Source of the DNA: an uncultured virus (IMG/VR IMGVR_UViG_3300020197_000012) | Taxonomy: Duplodnaviria > Heunggongvirae > Uroviricota > Caudoviricetes | DNA: 20,000 nucleotides | Reading direction: 5' to 3' (one strand) | Virus record (IMG/VR): IMGVR_UViG_3300020197_000012 | Part shown: piece by piece, positions 1 to 11,101 of the stretch | How the letters are laid out: each line of letters opens with the position of its first letter | How positions within the stretch are numbered: the first letter of the stretch is position 1 | Notes under the pieces: generated by a model | Told to the model about the DNA's origin: nothing | The model's database searches: none | The model's input: the letters and a program-made list of their open reading frames with translations, nothing else | Made by a program: the position numbers and the translations under genes

Positions 1-3000
1 AATATTATCAAACACATAATTTGTATCATATGATAATCTATAGAATACTCTACCAGAAAAATTAGATCTTGTTGAAACTCCAACTGGACCAACTTCCCCA
101 TAAGGTGCCGTTGTAAAGTATATTACACCGTTGTTAACATTATAATCTCCAGTTAAAACAGTTACTCCAGCTCCTATAGTATGTGAAGTAGATATAGTTC
201 CCATATATCCACGTTGTACAGACAATACATTAGTTGAACCAAATCCAACTGCATTAATTTTCATCAATTCATCATCAACACGTAAAATATTAGCTGGTGT
301 AATTGATGTAATTCCTGTTAAAGAGACTATGGTTGCACCTAATCCGACCGAACTAGTTAATGAATAATATAAATTCTCCCTAGCAATTGGTTTTTGAATT
401 ATATTATCAATAGTAATTAAACATCTTGTATTTGCGCTATCATATGGTGGATAGAATGTGTGAGTTATACCAGCTCCAACACCGAAACCGCTTCCAATAT
501 CTCTAAATTTAAAATAATTACCTTCTGGAACTGCATCAGTTTTTAATCCAACAACTTTAATTCTATTATCATCAACTTTGTAAATGAATACTCTTGATGG
601 CATAAAATTAGTTGTTGCCCCACCAATTACTCTATTTGTTGATTCAATTGCAATCGGAGTGCCTCCAGCACCAGGATCATAAATTATTTCCTCACCCGTA
701 TTGAATCTATGATTTGGTAAGTTAATAATACTTTGTCCAACTCCACATGCAGTTTGTGCAGTAAAACTAACTGACAGTAATCTTTTGTTATTTCTATTCA
801 ATCTAAACGAAGTCAATCCAACAATCGTCCCACCTTTAGAAACATTAGAAACTGTTACGTCAGGAGCAGCTGTTGTACCTATTCCAATAATAGAAGTGAC
901 AATTCCAACATAAGAATTAATTGCAGCTAATGTATTCGCACAACAATTGGCATTGTATGATGGACTACAATCAGTATCAACCGATACAGTATAATTGTAT
1001 GATTGTGAAATTGTAAATGGTGTTGATTGATATGATGTTGATATTGCAACATTATTAATTACATATTGAGAAAGATTTATAATATATCTAAATCCACCTA
1101 TAGTTTCTTGACTTTCCCCATCAACAAAACTTGTACCACCAACACCAGTCCAATAAGACAGTCCAGCGGCAACACTCTTTTCATTACCACCATATTTTAG
1201 ATCATAAGCAACCGCATCAACAATATAACCTACATCTCTCTCACATACTTCACTATCAAAATCTAAATTGCTTAAAATTCCAGGATATGTATTTGTGATA
1301 AAACCAACAACTTCAGATTGAATAAACTCTCTATTTAAAAGTAATAAATTTGCGCCATCTGCATTTATATTATCTAATTCTAGAAGACTAGTACCATTAA
1401 ATTCGTCACTAATATCGTCTACAATCTGAACACGGTTGGTTTTACAAATGCTATAGTCAAATAACTTTTTACTTAATAACCCAACATCTTTTGATATACC
1501 TTTATTAGTAGTAACCTCAAAAGATTTATCAAAATATTGCTTAGTATTAAATGATGATTCACTTAAAATATTAATTAAAGTATCTGAGGTATCTATTGTA
1601 GATGGCATTAAATTGAAACTTCTACCAATACCTAAGGAGGGCTTTGAATTCACAACTACATCACCAAAAACAGCCATACCAGATGGATGTGCTAAAGCTT
1701 CTACATCATTAATCCAAGTATTCTTTTGAATTAAGCTATTAATTGCATAGGAAAAACTTTGATAGTAATTACTATCTTGAATTCTTTGATCTGTATCGTT
1801 TACAAAACCAGTTCTTGTTCTCCAACCGTTTTCTTTTACACGTTCACCCGCACAATTGAAATGTGCATCAGAATAATCAATTTCATCTACAACTGCTTTT
1901 GAATTTGTTTTTGAACCAACAAGAGAATTTCCAATTCCAATATTGAAACTATTACCTACAATTTTGAGTAAGTCTTTTTGAGAATTCCAACCGTCTTTAT
2001 ATACTTTAAATAAACTTCCATTTGAAAAGATAGTTTCATTTTCAATAAAATCAGTTTTTTCTAGTGTGGCAGTAAATTTAGCCAAATCATCATACTTAAT
2101 AACTCTACCAACGCTATTAGTTGAATCATAATAACCACCAGTACTTCCTAAACCAACAATAGAATAAGTTACTGTTTCTGCTCCAGGAGTAGTATCAATA
2201 GATGTAACATCAAAATATGCATAGTTATAGTCACTTGAATTATATCCACCAGCACCCGATAATGCTTCGGTGAGTTCAATTCCTTCAACAAAAACTTTAT
2301 CTCCAACTTCAAATGGGAAGTCAATGAAACTTCCATTATCAGAATTAATTGATAGTGTATTGACTAATCCATCAGATACTGCACTCTTAACTGTTAACCC
2401 ATTTGAGTTATTAATAGGTATGATAGTTGGTGGAACTAATGATAAGCCAGTTTTATTAATAGTTACCTTAGCATTTTGAATACTACCACCTTCAAGTTTA
2501 GAGTCAAACTCAATTTCAGGATGTTCAATACAAATAAGTTTTGGCTCAACTAAGTAATTTTTACCACTATCTAAAATGACAACATCTTTTAATTGATAAT
2601 TATTTCTTAATTTTAGAACAAATGGAATATCTGCTTTTGGTTTTAGTGATGGATCTGTTGGGAAATTATATCCAGAATTTATAATATTTAAATTTTTAAT
2701 TTTTCCAATGTTATCAGATAACAGTTTTAACTCTGCTTCTGTTCCTCCCACAGAGGTTAAACTTGAAATTTCTGGAAGTGCCAAATAACCAGTTCCAGTG
2801 AATCCAATTGATACCTCTCTAATACCGCCAGTGGCGGTTAAAGAATCTGTATAATATCTAAAAGTAGTAACTCCAGAGTTTGTATATTGAGAAAGTTCTG
2901 GTTTGGTCAATAAATCAACGTTAATAGTCGTCGATCCTACAGAAGTTATATTATAAATTCCATTATATTTTGATACTTCTACTACAATTTGAGAATATGC

Positions 3001-6000
3001 ATCAACATCAGTGTCAACATTATATGCATATGCATTTGAAGTGATTGTACTTAGTCCTACTGGTCTTAGTTTGTAATAGAATACATCAGGTACATTGGTA
3101 TCAAGTTTTAAATTAACCTTTGTAGTTGCACTACCATCGCCAGGAGTTCCAGTTCTAGTAATGTTCTTTAAGTTAATTTTATTAGTAAAACTATCATCAA
3201 GGTAGAAATCCAAGACTAAAGAATTTAAACTTGCATCGCCAATATTAAATGATAATGTATTACCTAATAATCCTTTAATTGGTGGATTAATTGGTGATAG
3301 TGTATGCGATGCTCCACCAACGGAAGTAAAAACAATACCAGAATAATACGGATTTTTAGCATCATATAAGTATTCTACTAACTGGATCTTATCCTTATCA
3401 ACTTTAACAACAAAATACTCCTCACCATTAATTAATGGTGCAACAGGATTTGCAGAATTGTAAACTACTTTGCTGCCTGTTTTAAAGGTATTATCATATA
3501 TTGTTATAGTATTATTCGTGGTTGATACCTGTGTTGAACCAAACCCAACTGGATTGATCAAAATACGAGCACTTGTATTATCAAACTTAACTGTTATATT
3601 TTCAGTTTGATTTGGTAGTAAATCTATGATTATACTATCGTTATGCTTTAAATTATGCTCATCAAATGTAGTAATTACGGCTTCGTTTAGAGAAATTTGA
3701 CCAATTGGGTTTTGATAAGTAGTTTTTAATTCATGTGCTAATCCATTTGCTTGACTGCTGTATGGGAAATATAATCTACCAAGAGCAGATGTAATTCCAG
3801 CTAATGTTGTAGAAACGCCAATGAAATCCTGAGTGTCAACAATTACATATACATTACTTCCAGATTGTAAAGTAAATTCACTTGTTAATGCGATATCTGG
3901 TGAACATGTTAATCCAATTCCATTAACTGCTGTATATTTTACTTGCTCTCCATTTATAAACCCATGATTAGGAATATATAAAGATCCAGGTGGAATATTT
4001 AATTTTTTGATTTGTTTGATAACACTTGTAGTTGCAACTCCAACGTTAACAACTGCAGTACTATCGTAGTTTACTAAAATTGAATCTGGGAAACTTTGTG
4101 CTACAAATCCAGGTGAAATATTTAAATTAAGAATATTTTGAGTTTCTATTAAATCTCCAATTTTAAAGGGATTGCTATAAAATTCAATTTTAGTATATGA
4201 CCCCTGACCAGTCTGAACTCCAATTGGTGTTGCAGTAATTCCAAATCCAATTTGAATTGAAGTTGTAGTGCTACCGTAACCAACATCTAGTTGAGGATTA
4301 AAAAATGTAGAGCGATTTAATTTTGTATTTGCAGAATCTGTAGTTACTCCAATCAAATTTAAAGAAATAGGGACTGAAAATACTTTTCCTTTAAGAGTAA
4401 CTTCAGAGGTTGCAGTATGTGCTACAGAAACGGAAGAGTTAAATCCTCTCAAAACTTTATATCCAGTATTTAACCGATTGGAACCTAATACCAATAACTG
4501 CTCAACTCCAATTCCAATAATATCTCCAGGAACTATATTTTTGGTATATGGAGACTCTGTTAAAACTACTTCTGTTGCTATGCCAGTAGCTGCTGTTGTC
4601 CCTATTGCAGTCCTTACTTTAGAGTAGAATGTACTGACACCAGCTTTGTACTTCCCTTCTATAAATTTATATGAAGCTGTGTTAATTCCAGAAATTGTAA
4701 TTGTTTGTAAATCTAACAATGCATGTGGTGATGTAAAGATGCCAATTACATTTTTTTCTTGCTGAATAAATTCAATATTTGAATATGTTGTAGTTACATT
4801 AGTAATATTGCTTATTGCAATTCCAACCAAAGATGTAACTTTTGCATCTAGACCACGACCATTTGTTCCCCTATTATCAAATTCAAGTCTATCATTTATT
4901 TTATAAGATGATCCCTGTTTTATAACATTAACAAAATCAACTCCAGACTTTTGAACACCCCTTACTAAAACTTTAGCATCATCACCATACCTTAAATCAA
5001 TACCATTATAAACTGAGTATTCACGATTAATTTTATATGGAGAAGTATTTCTAGTGAGATTTTCAGACTCAATTATGTTATAATCTTGAGTATTTGTGGA
5101 ATTTAAGTTGAAGTCGTCAACTTCATATGCATAATCATTTAAAACATATGGATAGTTTGTAGTTGTTGCAAAATACGCATAAGTGCCGTTTGGAAAATCT
5201 GGTGTTATGCAATATCTACCGTTATTTTCATCAAGATCACCATTAGCAGTATATACATAATCTTCTATGAAAAATCCTGGTGGATATGATGGTCTTTCAC
5301 CCAAAGGAATTAATTCATATCCACTTACTAAGGCTTTAATTCCTGTGAGTGTTGATGCATTTGATGAACCATAAGGTCCATAAATTGGATTACCATCATA
5401 TGCCCATCCAACTATCGGAGAATGTTCAATGCTTGGGGTTTCATTTAAATTAGCATCTAAATTATCTTCAAGTAAATATCTAAGTTGTTTTGGAACAATT
5501 GGACTTACTAACTGAGCTGAAATATTAGACTTGTTTAGTGCTCCAATGTAAATAGAATTTGAAGGATTTGTAGGATCATTTATGATAGATTCATATCTTT
5601 TGTAGTAATTTATATGCCACACTTGAACGTTGGCATCAAAAAATGCGTTTTTCCCTCTTGATACTACAGTTAATATAGTGTTTTGTTTTTTATAATTTTT
5701 TCCAGAGTCTATAACTTCAACATTTATAATTTTACCTTCGCTTATAATAGGTTTAAGGGAAGCAAATGCACCATCTCCAGTTACCACAATATCTGGAACA
5801 GATGTGTAGCCACTGCCACCGTTTAAAATATAAACCTCAGATATTCCACCATTGATTACAATTGGTTGTAATACGGCGTCTTTTCCACTACTTAATAAAA
5901 CATTCGGCTTTCTATTAAAATTAATTATCTCAGGAGTTCCATATTCAGTACCACCACTCTTTAAAAATATATTTGTGACAGAACTAGTAAATACGGGAAC

Positions 6001-9000
6001 TGCAAGTGCTTGAGAGTTTTCAAATGTACCACCAATTGAAGCAAGGTTTCCACTAACATCCACCGAATTCGGAGTTCCTAATATTTCTAACTGAATTGGA
6101 GGAGTATAGAAAGTATGCTCACCTGTCCCAAAACCTGCCACTTTAACATATTTGTTTTGATCATAGTTCACAGATGATAATGTCGTGCCGATTCCAGCAG
6201 ATGCAAGCCTAAATTTATCGTTATCTAATTTAATAATATAATATGCTTGAGATGTATTTAATCCAGCAATGGTAGAGCCAGTTGTATTATAATAGATTAA
6301 TTCTTTTTCTGCAAAATTATGACTCTTTGCGTAAATGAAATTTTCTTGTGTATTAATGCCAACAAGTGCTAGAGGTATATTTTGAGGTTGATTTGGTGGA
6401 TATGATTGTGGTTCAACTATGACCTTTTTATTTACATATCCACTTCCAGGATTAGTTACTTCAATTCTATCAACAATATTTCTAGTTTTTGTTGATATAA
6501 AACTATTATTTCCTTTACTAAGCTGAGTTATGTTAATAGTGTTTATACCAGCCAAAGCATTTTCTTCGGTTGTGGTTAACTTTATAGTGCTATCATTAAC
6601 TTTGATAACATAATATTTTGAAAGATCTATTAAATATGCTTTTGTATCCGATTCTCCAGCCGCAGGTGCTCCATCGGTGCCAATTCCTATACCAGTATTG
6701 GTATAAGATCTATAGATAACTTCCTCACCAGTTTTAAAGTTATGATATGTGCTAAAACCAATTTGATCTGATGTTGTATTAATACCAGAAGAATTAGCTG
6801 CAAAATCAATTGTAGTAAAAATTGATTTCATTACTGCTTCTGCAGTAGCTCCACTACCGTTACCACCCGTTATTTTAATTGTAGGTGTAGTTAAGTAATC
6901 ATATCCAGAATTTAATAATAATGCTCCAGATAGTGACCCCTCAAGATGAACAAATGCAGAAGCTCCAACTCCAACACTATCTTCAATAATAACATTGGGT
7001 GGATTAATTAAATCATATTCTTCACCACCAGCAGTTACATCAATTGAAGTTAATTTACCATAGAAAACCTTGTCATCACTCTTTGGATATAATACTTCAG
7101 TGCCATTCAGCAGAATTCCCACAGAAAATGGTAAAGGAGATTGTTGAATACTAAAATTACTTTTCTTAATCTTTGGATCTATTGGAATTCTTTTAATTAA
7201 TTTTTGATCTAAAATATTTCTTTGTGCTAAAGAATATAAAATTACTGCATTAGTAATAGCATTTACTGCACCTGATGGCGTAAATGTAATATAACTATCT
7301 TGATAAATTTTAGCTCTATTATAAGCTAATTTTATTTGAGTATTACTAACTTTTTTTACATAGTATGCACCAGTATTAATTCCAACATTAGCACCAGAAT
7401 AACTATAATAAACTTTATCTCCAGTTTGTAAATTATGATTTACTGTTACATTAAAACTATTTTTTGTTGTAATAATTTCTGTTTCTACTGATCCAATACC
7501 AAAATATAATGTTCCAGTGTTAGTTGGTATTGAATATGATGGTAAACTTGTTGATGTTACATAAACAGAATCTTTAGCTGGATTTACATAAGTATTTTGA
7601 ATATCAGCTAAGTACTTATATTGACCTGCTGGTGATATATGAATATTTCTATAGAGCTTATAATCTAAATTAGAATTTAATGTACCAGAAACAAATTGTA
7701 ACGCAAATGAGGTTGGCGAATAAATTTGAATAACAGTTCCTGATACGGGTGGATTGAACGAATTATCATAATCATCTACATCATAGAGTGTTATTGAGTC
7801 CCCTAATTTAAATCCATGAGGCACCTTAGTATTGATTGTTGCAGGTGATGATGTTTGCGTAATACCATTAGGCTTATCAACAACTTTTATTTCATAAGTA
7901 TTATTTTGAAACCAATTATTAAATCTATTATTGTATAATTCAAGATTAATCTCCACATCCTCACCTAAATTTTTAAACCCAATCTCATCTCCAACCTTTA
8001 GGTATTTTGATTTTTCTAAAAGATCGGAATAATTTGATAATATAGAAGTAATTCTCATATATACTGGTTTGTTTTTATCACCATCTTCATATGAATATGC
8101 AAAACTATTTGCATAAACATTTACAAATTTATCAATTGATGCTGAAATAACACAGTTAAAAAATTGGTTATCATTTTTACCATTATATGTAACATATTCA
8201 CCATTAATATATAATTCTCCAACATTGGGAAATCCAACTGTAGAATCGACAAAAATCGTATTTTCTTCTACACCAGCACCAATCGTAGTTCTAGTAACAG
8301 GACATGCAACAAATTTTCCAAGTTTTGTATCATTACTTAATTGAATTTCATGATATACTTGTTCTCCAAGATTAATTAAAGATGATAAGTATACATTTCC
8401 GTATGCGTAGGGAGTATCTTGAATAATTGGTTGTCCATTAATTTTATCAATATCGCCGTAAATAACTTCAACAATTAAATTATCACTTACGCTCCACTGA
8501 GCTACAGATGGTTTTAATAAGTATTCTGATGGAGTTACTAACTTTACATTAGGATCACCATATAGTACTTTAAATAGAATTTTATAAGACTCTAATGTAC
8601 CTTTGGTCTCATAAAAATCTTTAGCTTGCTTTAAGAATAACTTCTTATCAACATTTTCATTTAATGCTTTGTCTTGGAATCCTGGTAAGAATTGTGACTT
8701 GATATTCTTCCATAATTCAACATAAATTAAACTACTGATATTTTTTACTAATGTACCACTTACATGAGCTTCAGCAGTGGTTGATGAGAATACTAGAGAC
8801 CCTGGTTGTGTTTGGCTTTGATATGAATCAATCCCACTAAATCCACGAACACACCCATAAAAATGGGTAGCATCTTTACTAGTGTATGTAATAATCTCAT
8901 TATCAATTTTTAATAAGCCATACTTGTTGGGCCAAGATTTAGTTGTTGTTACAGTAATAACATCATCATAATAAGTGATATCTTCTTCTAATGTTGTTGA

Positions 9001-9204
9001 GTATGCTGTAAACTGAGTAGAATCAAAATTTTCAACATTTACATAACGATCAATATTTTCTGCTAACTCTGTAATTTGATTTTGTGAAATATAATATTGT
9101 GTTAGAAACTGACTAAATAAAGAGTTTTCCTCAGAAAAACTATTTGGCAATTGACTACCAATTATCTGAGAAATTTCGATTCTTTGAAGATCTTTATCTA
9201 ACAT
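1..9204 (-). CDS. gp7: Giant baseplate wedge initiator / structural protein (cyanophage gp7-type), 3'-truncated by window edge, >=3068 aa
   Basis: ATG at 9204, 5 nt after the gp6 stop. Translation begins MLDKDLQRIEISQIIGSQLPNSFSEENSLFSQFLTQYY...GLLKIDNEIITYTSK...GCVRGFSGI...FYETKGTLESYKILFKVLYG. The same frame is still coding at position 1 (...FSGRVFYRLSYDTNYVFDNI). It contains repeated HxFxTG...YYVxK modules and GxGY motifs. It is absent from the ORF track, presumably because no stop lies in the window; the frame was spot-checked, not fully translated. Confidence 0.85.
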   Translation of the reverse strand, partial: MLDKDLQRIEISQIIGSQLPNSFSEENSLFSQFLTQYYISQNQITELAENIDRYVNVENFDSTQFTAYSTTLEEDITYYDDVITVTTTKSWPNKYGLLKIDNEIITYTSKDATHFYGCVRGFSGIDSYQSQTQPGSLVFSSTTAEAHVSGTLVKNISSLIYVELWKNIKSQFLPGFQDKALNENVDKKLFLKQAKDFYETKGTLESYKILFKVLYGDPNVKLVTPSEYLLKPSVAQWSVSDNLIVEVIYGDIDKINGQPIIQDTPYAYGNVYLSSLINLGEQVYHEIQLSNDTKLGKFVACPVTRTTIGAGVEENTIFVDSTVGFPNVGELYINGEYVTYNGKNDNQFFNCVISASIDKFVNVYANSFAYSYEDGDKNKPVYMRITSILSNYSDLLEKSKYLKVGDEIGFKNLGEDVEINLELYNNRFNNWFQNNTYEIKVVDKPNGITQTSSPATINTKVPHGFKLGDSITLYDVDDYDNSFNPPVSGTVIQIYSPTSFALQFVSGTLNSNLDYKLYRNIHISPAGQYKYLADIQNTYVNPAKDSVYVTSTSLPSYSIPTNTGTLYFGIGSVETEIITTKNSFNVTVNHNLQTGDKVYYSYSGANVGINTGAYYVKKVSNTQIKLAYNRAKIYQDSYITFTPSGAVNAITNAVILYSLAQRNILDQKLIKRIPIDPKIKKSNFSIQQSPLPFSVGILLNGTEVLYPKSDDKVFYGKLTSIDVTAGGEEYDLINPPNVIIEDSVGVGASAFVHLEGSLSGALLLNSGYDYLTTPTIKITGGNGSGATAEAVMKSIFTTIDFAANSSGINTTSDQIGFSTYHNFKTGEEVIYRSYTNTGIGIGTDGAPAAGESDTKAYLIDLSKYYVIKVNDSTIKLTTTEENALAGINTINITQLSKGNNSFISTKTRNIVDRIEVTNPGSGYVNKKVIVEPQSYPPNQPQNIPLALVGINTQENFIYAKSHNFAEKELIYYNTTGSTIAGLNTSQAYYIIKLDNDKFRLASAGIGTTLSSVNYDQNKYVKVAGFGTGEHTFYTPPIQLEILGTPNSVDVSGNLASIGGTFENSQALAVPVFTSSVTNIFLKSGGTEYGTPEIINFNRKPNVLLSSGKDAVLQPIVINGGISEVYILNGGSGYTSVPDIVVTGDGAFASLKPIISEGKIINVEVIDSGKNYKKQNTILTVVSRGKNAFFDANVQVWHINYYKRYESIINDPTNPSNSIYIGALNKSNISAQLVSPIVPKQLRYLLEDNLDANLNETPSIEHSPIVGWAYDGNPIYGPYGSSNASTLTGIKALVSGYELIPLGERPSYPPGFFIEDYVYTANGDLDENNGRYCITPDFPNGTYAYFATTTNYPYVLNDYAYEVDDFNLNSTNTQDYNIIESENLTRNTSPYKINREYSVYNGIDLRYGDDAKVLVRGVQKSGVDFVNVIKQGSSYKINDRLEFDNRGTNGRGLDAKVTSLVGIAISNITNVTTTYSNIEFIQQEKNVIGIFTSPHALLDLQTITISGINTASYKFIEGKYKAGVSTFYSKVRTAIGTTAATGIATEVVLTESPYTKNIVPGDIIGIGVEQLLVLGSNRLNTGYKVLRGFNSSVSVAHTATSEVTLKGKVFSVPISLNLIGVTTDSANTKLNRSTFFNPQLDVGYGSTTTSIQIGFGITATPIGVQTGQGSYTKIEFYSNPFKIGDLIETQNILNLNISPGFVAQSFPDSILVNYDSTAVVNVGVATTSVIKQIKKLNIPPGSLYIPNHGFINGEQVKYTAVNGIGLTCSPDIALTSEFTLQSGSNVYVIVDTQDFIGVSTTLAGITSALGRLYFPYSSQANGLAHELKTTYQNPIGQISLNEAVITTFDEHNLKHNDSIIIDLLPNQTENITVKFDNTSARILINPVGFGSTQVSTTNNTITIYDNTFKTGSKVVYNSANPVAPLINGEEYFVVKVDKDKIQLVEYLYDAKNPYYSGIVFTSVGGASHTLSPINPPIKGLLGNTLSFNIGDASLNSLVLDFYLDDSFTNKINLKNITRTGTPGDGSATTKVNLKLDTNVPDVFYYKLRPVGLSTITSNAYAYNVDTDVDAYSQIVVEVSKYNGIYNITSVGSTTINVDLLTKPELSQYTNSGVTTFRYYTDSLTATGGIREVSIGFTGTGYLALPEISSLTSVGGTEAELKLLSDNIGKIKNLNIINSGYNFPTDPSLKPKADIPFVLKLRNNYQLKDVVILDSGKNYLVEPKLICIEHPEIEFDSKLEGGSIQNAKVTINKTGLSLVPPTIIPINNSNGLTVKSAVSDGLVNTLSINSDNGSFIDFPFEVGDKVFVEGIELTEALSGAGGYNSSDYNYAYFDVTSIDTTPGAETVTYSIVGLGSTGGYYDSTNSVGRVIKYDDLAKFTATLEKTDFIENETIFSNGSLFKVYKDGWNSQKDLLKIVGNSFNIGIGNSLVGSKTNSKAVVDEIDYSDAHFNCAGERVKENGWRTRTGFVNDTDQRIQDSNYYQSFSYAINSLIQKNTWINDVEALAHPSGMAVFGDVVVNSKPSLGIGRSFNLMPSTIDTSDTLINILSESSFNTKQYFDKSFEVTTNKGISKDVGLLSKKLFDYSICKTNRVQIVDDISDEFNGTSLLELDNINADGANLLLLNREFIQSEVVGFITNTYPGILSNLDFDSEVCERDVGYIVDAVAYDLKYGGNEKSVAAGLSYWTGVGGTSFVDGESQETIGGFRYIINLSQYVINNVAISTSYQSTPFTISQSYNYTVSVDTDCSPSYNANCCANTLAAINSYVGIVTSIIGIGTTAAPDVTVSNVSKGGTIVGLTSFRLNRNNKRLLSVSFTAQTACGVGQSIINLPNHRFNTGEEIIYDPGAGGTPIAIESTNRVIGGATTNFMPSRVFIYKVDDNRIKVVGLKTDAVPEGNYFKFRDIGSGFGVGAGITHTFYPPYDSANTRCLITIDNIIQKPIARENLYYSLTSSVGLGATIVSLTGITSITPANILRVDDELMKINAVGFGSTNVLSVQRGYMGTISTSHTIGAGVTVLTGDYNVNNGVIYFTTAPYGEVGPVGVSTRSNFSGRVFYRLSYDTNYVFDNI

Positions 9205-9209
9205 TCTAA

Positions 9210-11099
9210 TTACCTAGTATAGTTTCCGTTTAAGTAGCTGGAGGTTGATACGAATTTAGTTCCTGATGCATTTATATCAGCATTTAACGTGTCATTTAAT
9301 AGTGTGAAGTTACTGCTAGAAATATTTAACCTCAAATATAAATCTTTTAATCCAATTACATCATTTGACTCAGGTATTGCTTGAACTTCAATAATTCCAT
9401 CTTCGTATAGTGTAGAAGTAATATTTACTGTGTTAAGCAATATTTCACCTTTAGCGTAATTTACAATTCCTGCATTGCTATTTACAATCACTGGATTTTT
9501 TTCAGCATCAAGTTTAAAGAAAACAACCTTACCAGTAGTTTTACTGCCAGTATCGGGAACGTCAGATAGGTATAGATCACCTTCAACGCCAGAAATTTTA
9601 AACTTGGTGGATTTAATTGAATATCCGCCTGGTTTAACATGGAAGGCATTACCAAAGCATAATTCATACTGAGCATTTTGATTTAATGCTGCATTCAAAT
9701 CACGTCTCATTTTAACTTTTGTAATGTTTGATGTAATTGCACCATCAACATCATCAATTAAACCAACAACCTTACTATATTTAACTCGACCACCAAAACC
9801 ATTAGCCTCTGATGCACTGGCATAAGCAGTCAAACATTCAATTATATTTGTCTTTAGATCTTCTTCAGAAGTTGTTTTTGCCTGATCATAATATATGGTT
9901 GAATCTAATTCAACATACAAGTACTTCATATCCAGAATAACTGTTTCAACACCAGCTACTGAATACTTTTTAAGTTTAAATGCAATATCATCCTTTGTGA
10001 ATTGTGAAAGCGTATTTGCACCTTTTGGTTTAATAACGATAAACACTTTACCGTACTGAGGTGGGGTAAGCTCTTCTCCACCATAAGCAATTACTGCTTC
10101 AGCATTTGGGTAAATATCTGGTACAATTGATTCATAATCTTGTGAAGAAACAGCTCTATTTCTAGCTGCATATCTTCTAGGAGCAAAATATTTGATTGAT
10201 GTGATTGGTTCAATATCAGATCCATCACGAGATGGGCTAACAACTGTAAGAGCAGCAGTTAAACTAGTCAGCTCAGTTCCAATATCATCAGTTATAACAC
10301 CATTGAAATTAACTGTTTTAACTCCATTTCCTATTGCACCATTTGTTACAACGTAGGAAGCTTCAATTAAATTGCCGTTGTTTAATTTCTTACTGATAAT
10401 TCCGTCACCAAAGAGAAGTTCATAGCGTTCATCAGACACTTCTTGAATCAAATACTTATTGGCTGTAGTAGAAAGTCCTACAATTGAACTAACTTGAGTA
10501 TAGACATCATAAGCCTCACTTTCAGATGTTGGATGTACTTTAACTCTTAGAGTGGTTGTATCTACATTTTGATTATCAATTACATATCTTTCGTATTCAT
10601 CAGATGTATCAACTTCAAACGATGATAAAGCGTAACTACCTTCATAAAGAATTATGTTTTTAAATGATGCAAGATCATTTGTAACTGTCGTAGTAATATT
10701 TTCTGGAAGTACAAATGTGTATGAAGCATTATTAGCTGTAGCTGTTGCAACGATTCCCGCCTTAAGAACAATCGATGAGGTTGATGATCCAGCTGGTAGA
10801 ATTACGTTAAGTGTAGCTATGAGTCTTGCGGCTCTTGCTGATCTTGGGACATATCCAATATTTCTTGCCAATGCAACTACATTGTCACGAATTAATGCAC
10901 TATCAAGGAAAACTTCATTTACAACTGCGTTCGTATTATATGCAGTAATATAAGTATTATAGGCTAAAATATCAATCAGGATTGAAAAGTTAGATCCTTC
11001 ATAGTCATAATCAGTAAAATTACTATTCGCACGAAGATAATCCTTAATAGATGTTTTTATCTGATCAAAATCTAAATTTGTGACTTGTAGTTGAGACAT
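9210..11099 (-). CDS. gp6: Baseplate wedge subunit gp6 (T4-like)
   Basis: 629 aa with LDFDQIK...NFTDYDYEGSNFSILIDILAYNT...ALARNIGYVPRS, FGDGI, RAVSSQDY and PPQYGKVFIVIKP motifs, located between gp25 and gp7. Confidence 0.95.
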   Translation of the reverse strand: MSQLQVTNLDFDQIKTSIKDYLRANSNFTDYDYEGSNFSILIDILAYNTYITAYNTNAVVNEVFLDSALIRDNVVALARNIGYVPRSARAARLIATLNVILPAGSSTSSIVLKAGIVATATANNASYTFVLPENITTTVTNDLASFKNIILYEGSYALSSFEVDTSDEYERYVIDNQNVDTTTLRVKVHPTSESEAYDVYTQVSSIVGLSTTANKYLIQEVSDERYELLFGDGIISKKLNNGNLIEASYVVTNGAIGNGVKTVNFNGVITDDIGTELTSLTAALTVVSPSRDGSDIEPITSIKYFAPRRYAARNRAVSSQDYESIVPDIYPNAEAVIAYGGEELTPPQYGKVFIVIKPKGANTLSQFTKDDIAFKLKKYSVAGVETVILDMKYLYVELDSTIYYDQAKTTSEEDLKTNIIECLTAYASASEANGFGGRVKYSKVVGLIDDVDGAITSNITKVKMRRDLNAALNQNAQYELCFGNAFHVKPGGYSIKSTKFKISGVEGDLYLSDVPDTGSKTTGKVVFFKLDAEKNPVIVNSNAGIVNYAKGEILLNTVNITSTLYEDGIIEVQAIPESNDVIGLKDLYLRLNISSSNFTLLNDTLNADINASGTKFVSTSSYLNGNYTR

Positions 11100-11101
11100 T
11101 A

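Noticed and set aside
2270..10953. Short ORFs at 2270-2479, 9475-9672, 9488-9676 and 10654-10953
   Set aside because: Antisense or off-frame shadows inside gp7 and gp6, with no RBS or recognisable motifs.
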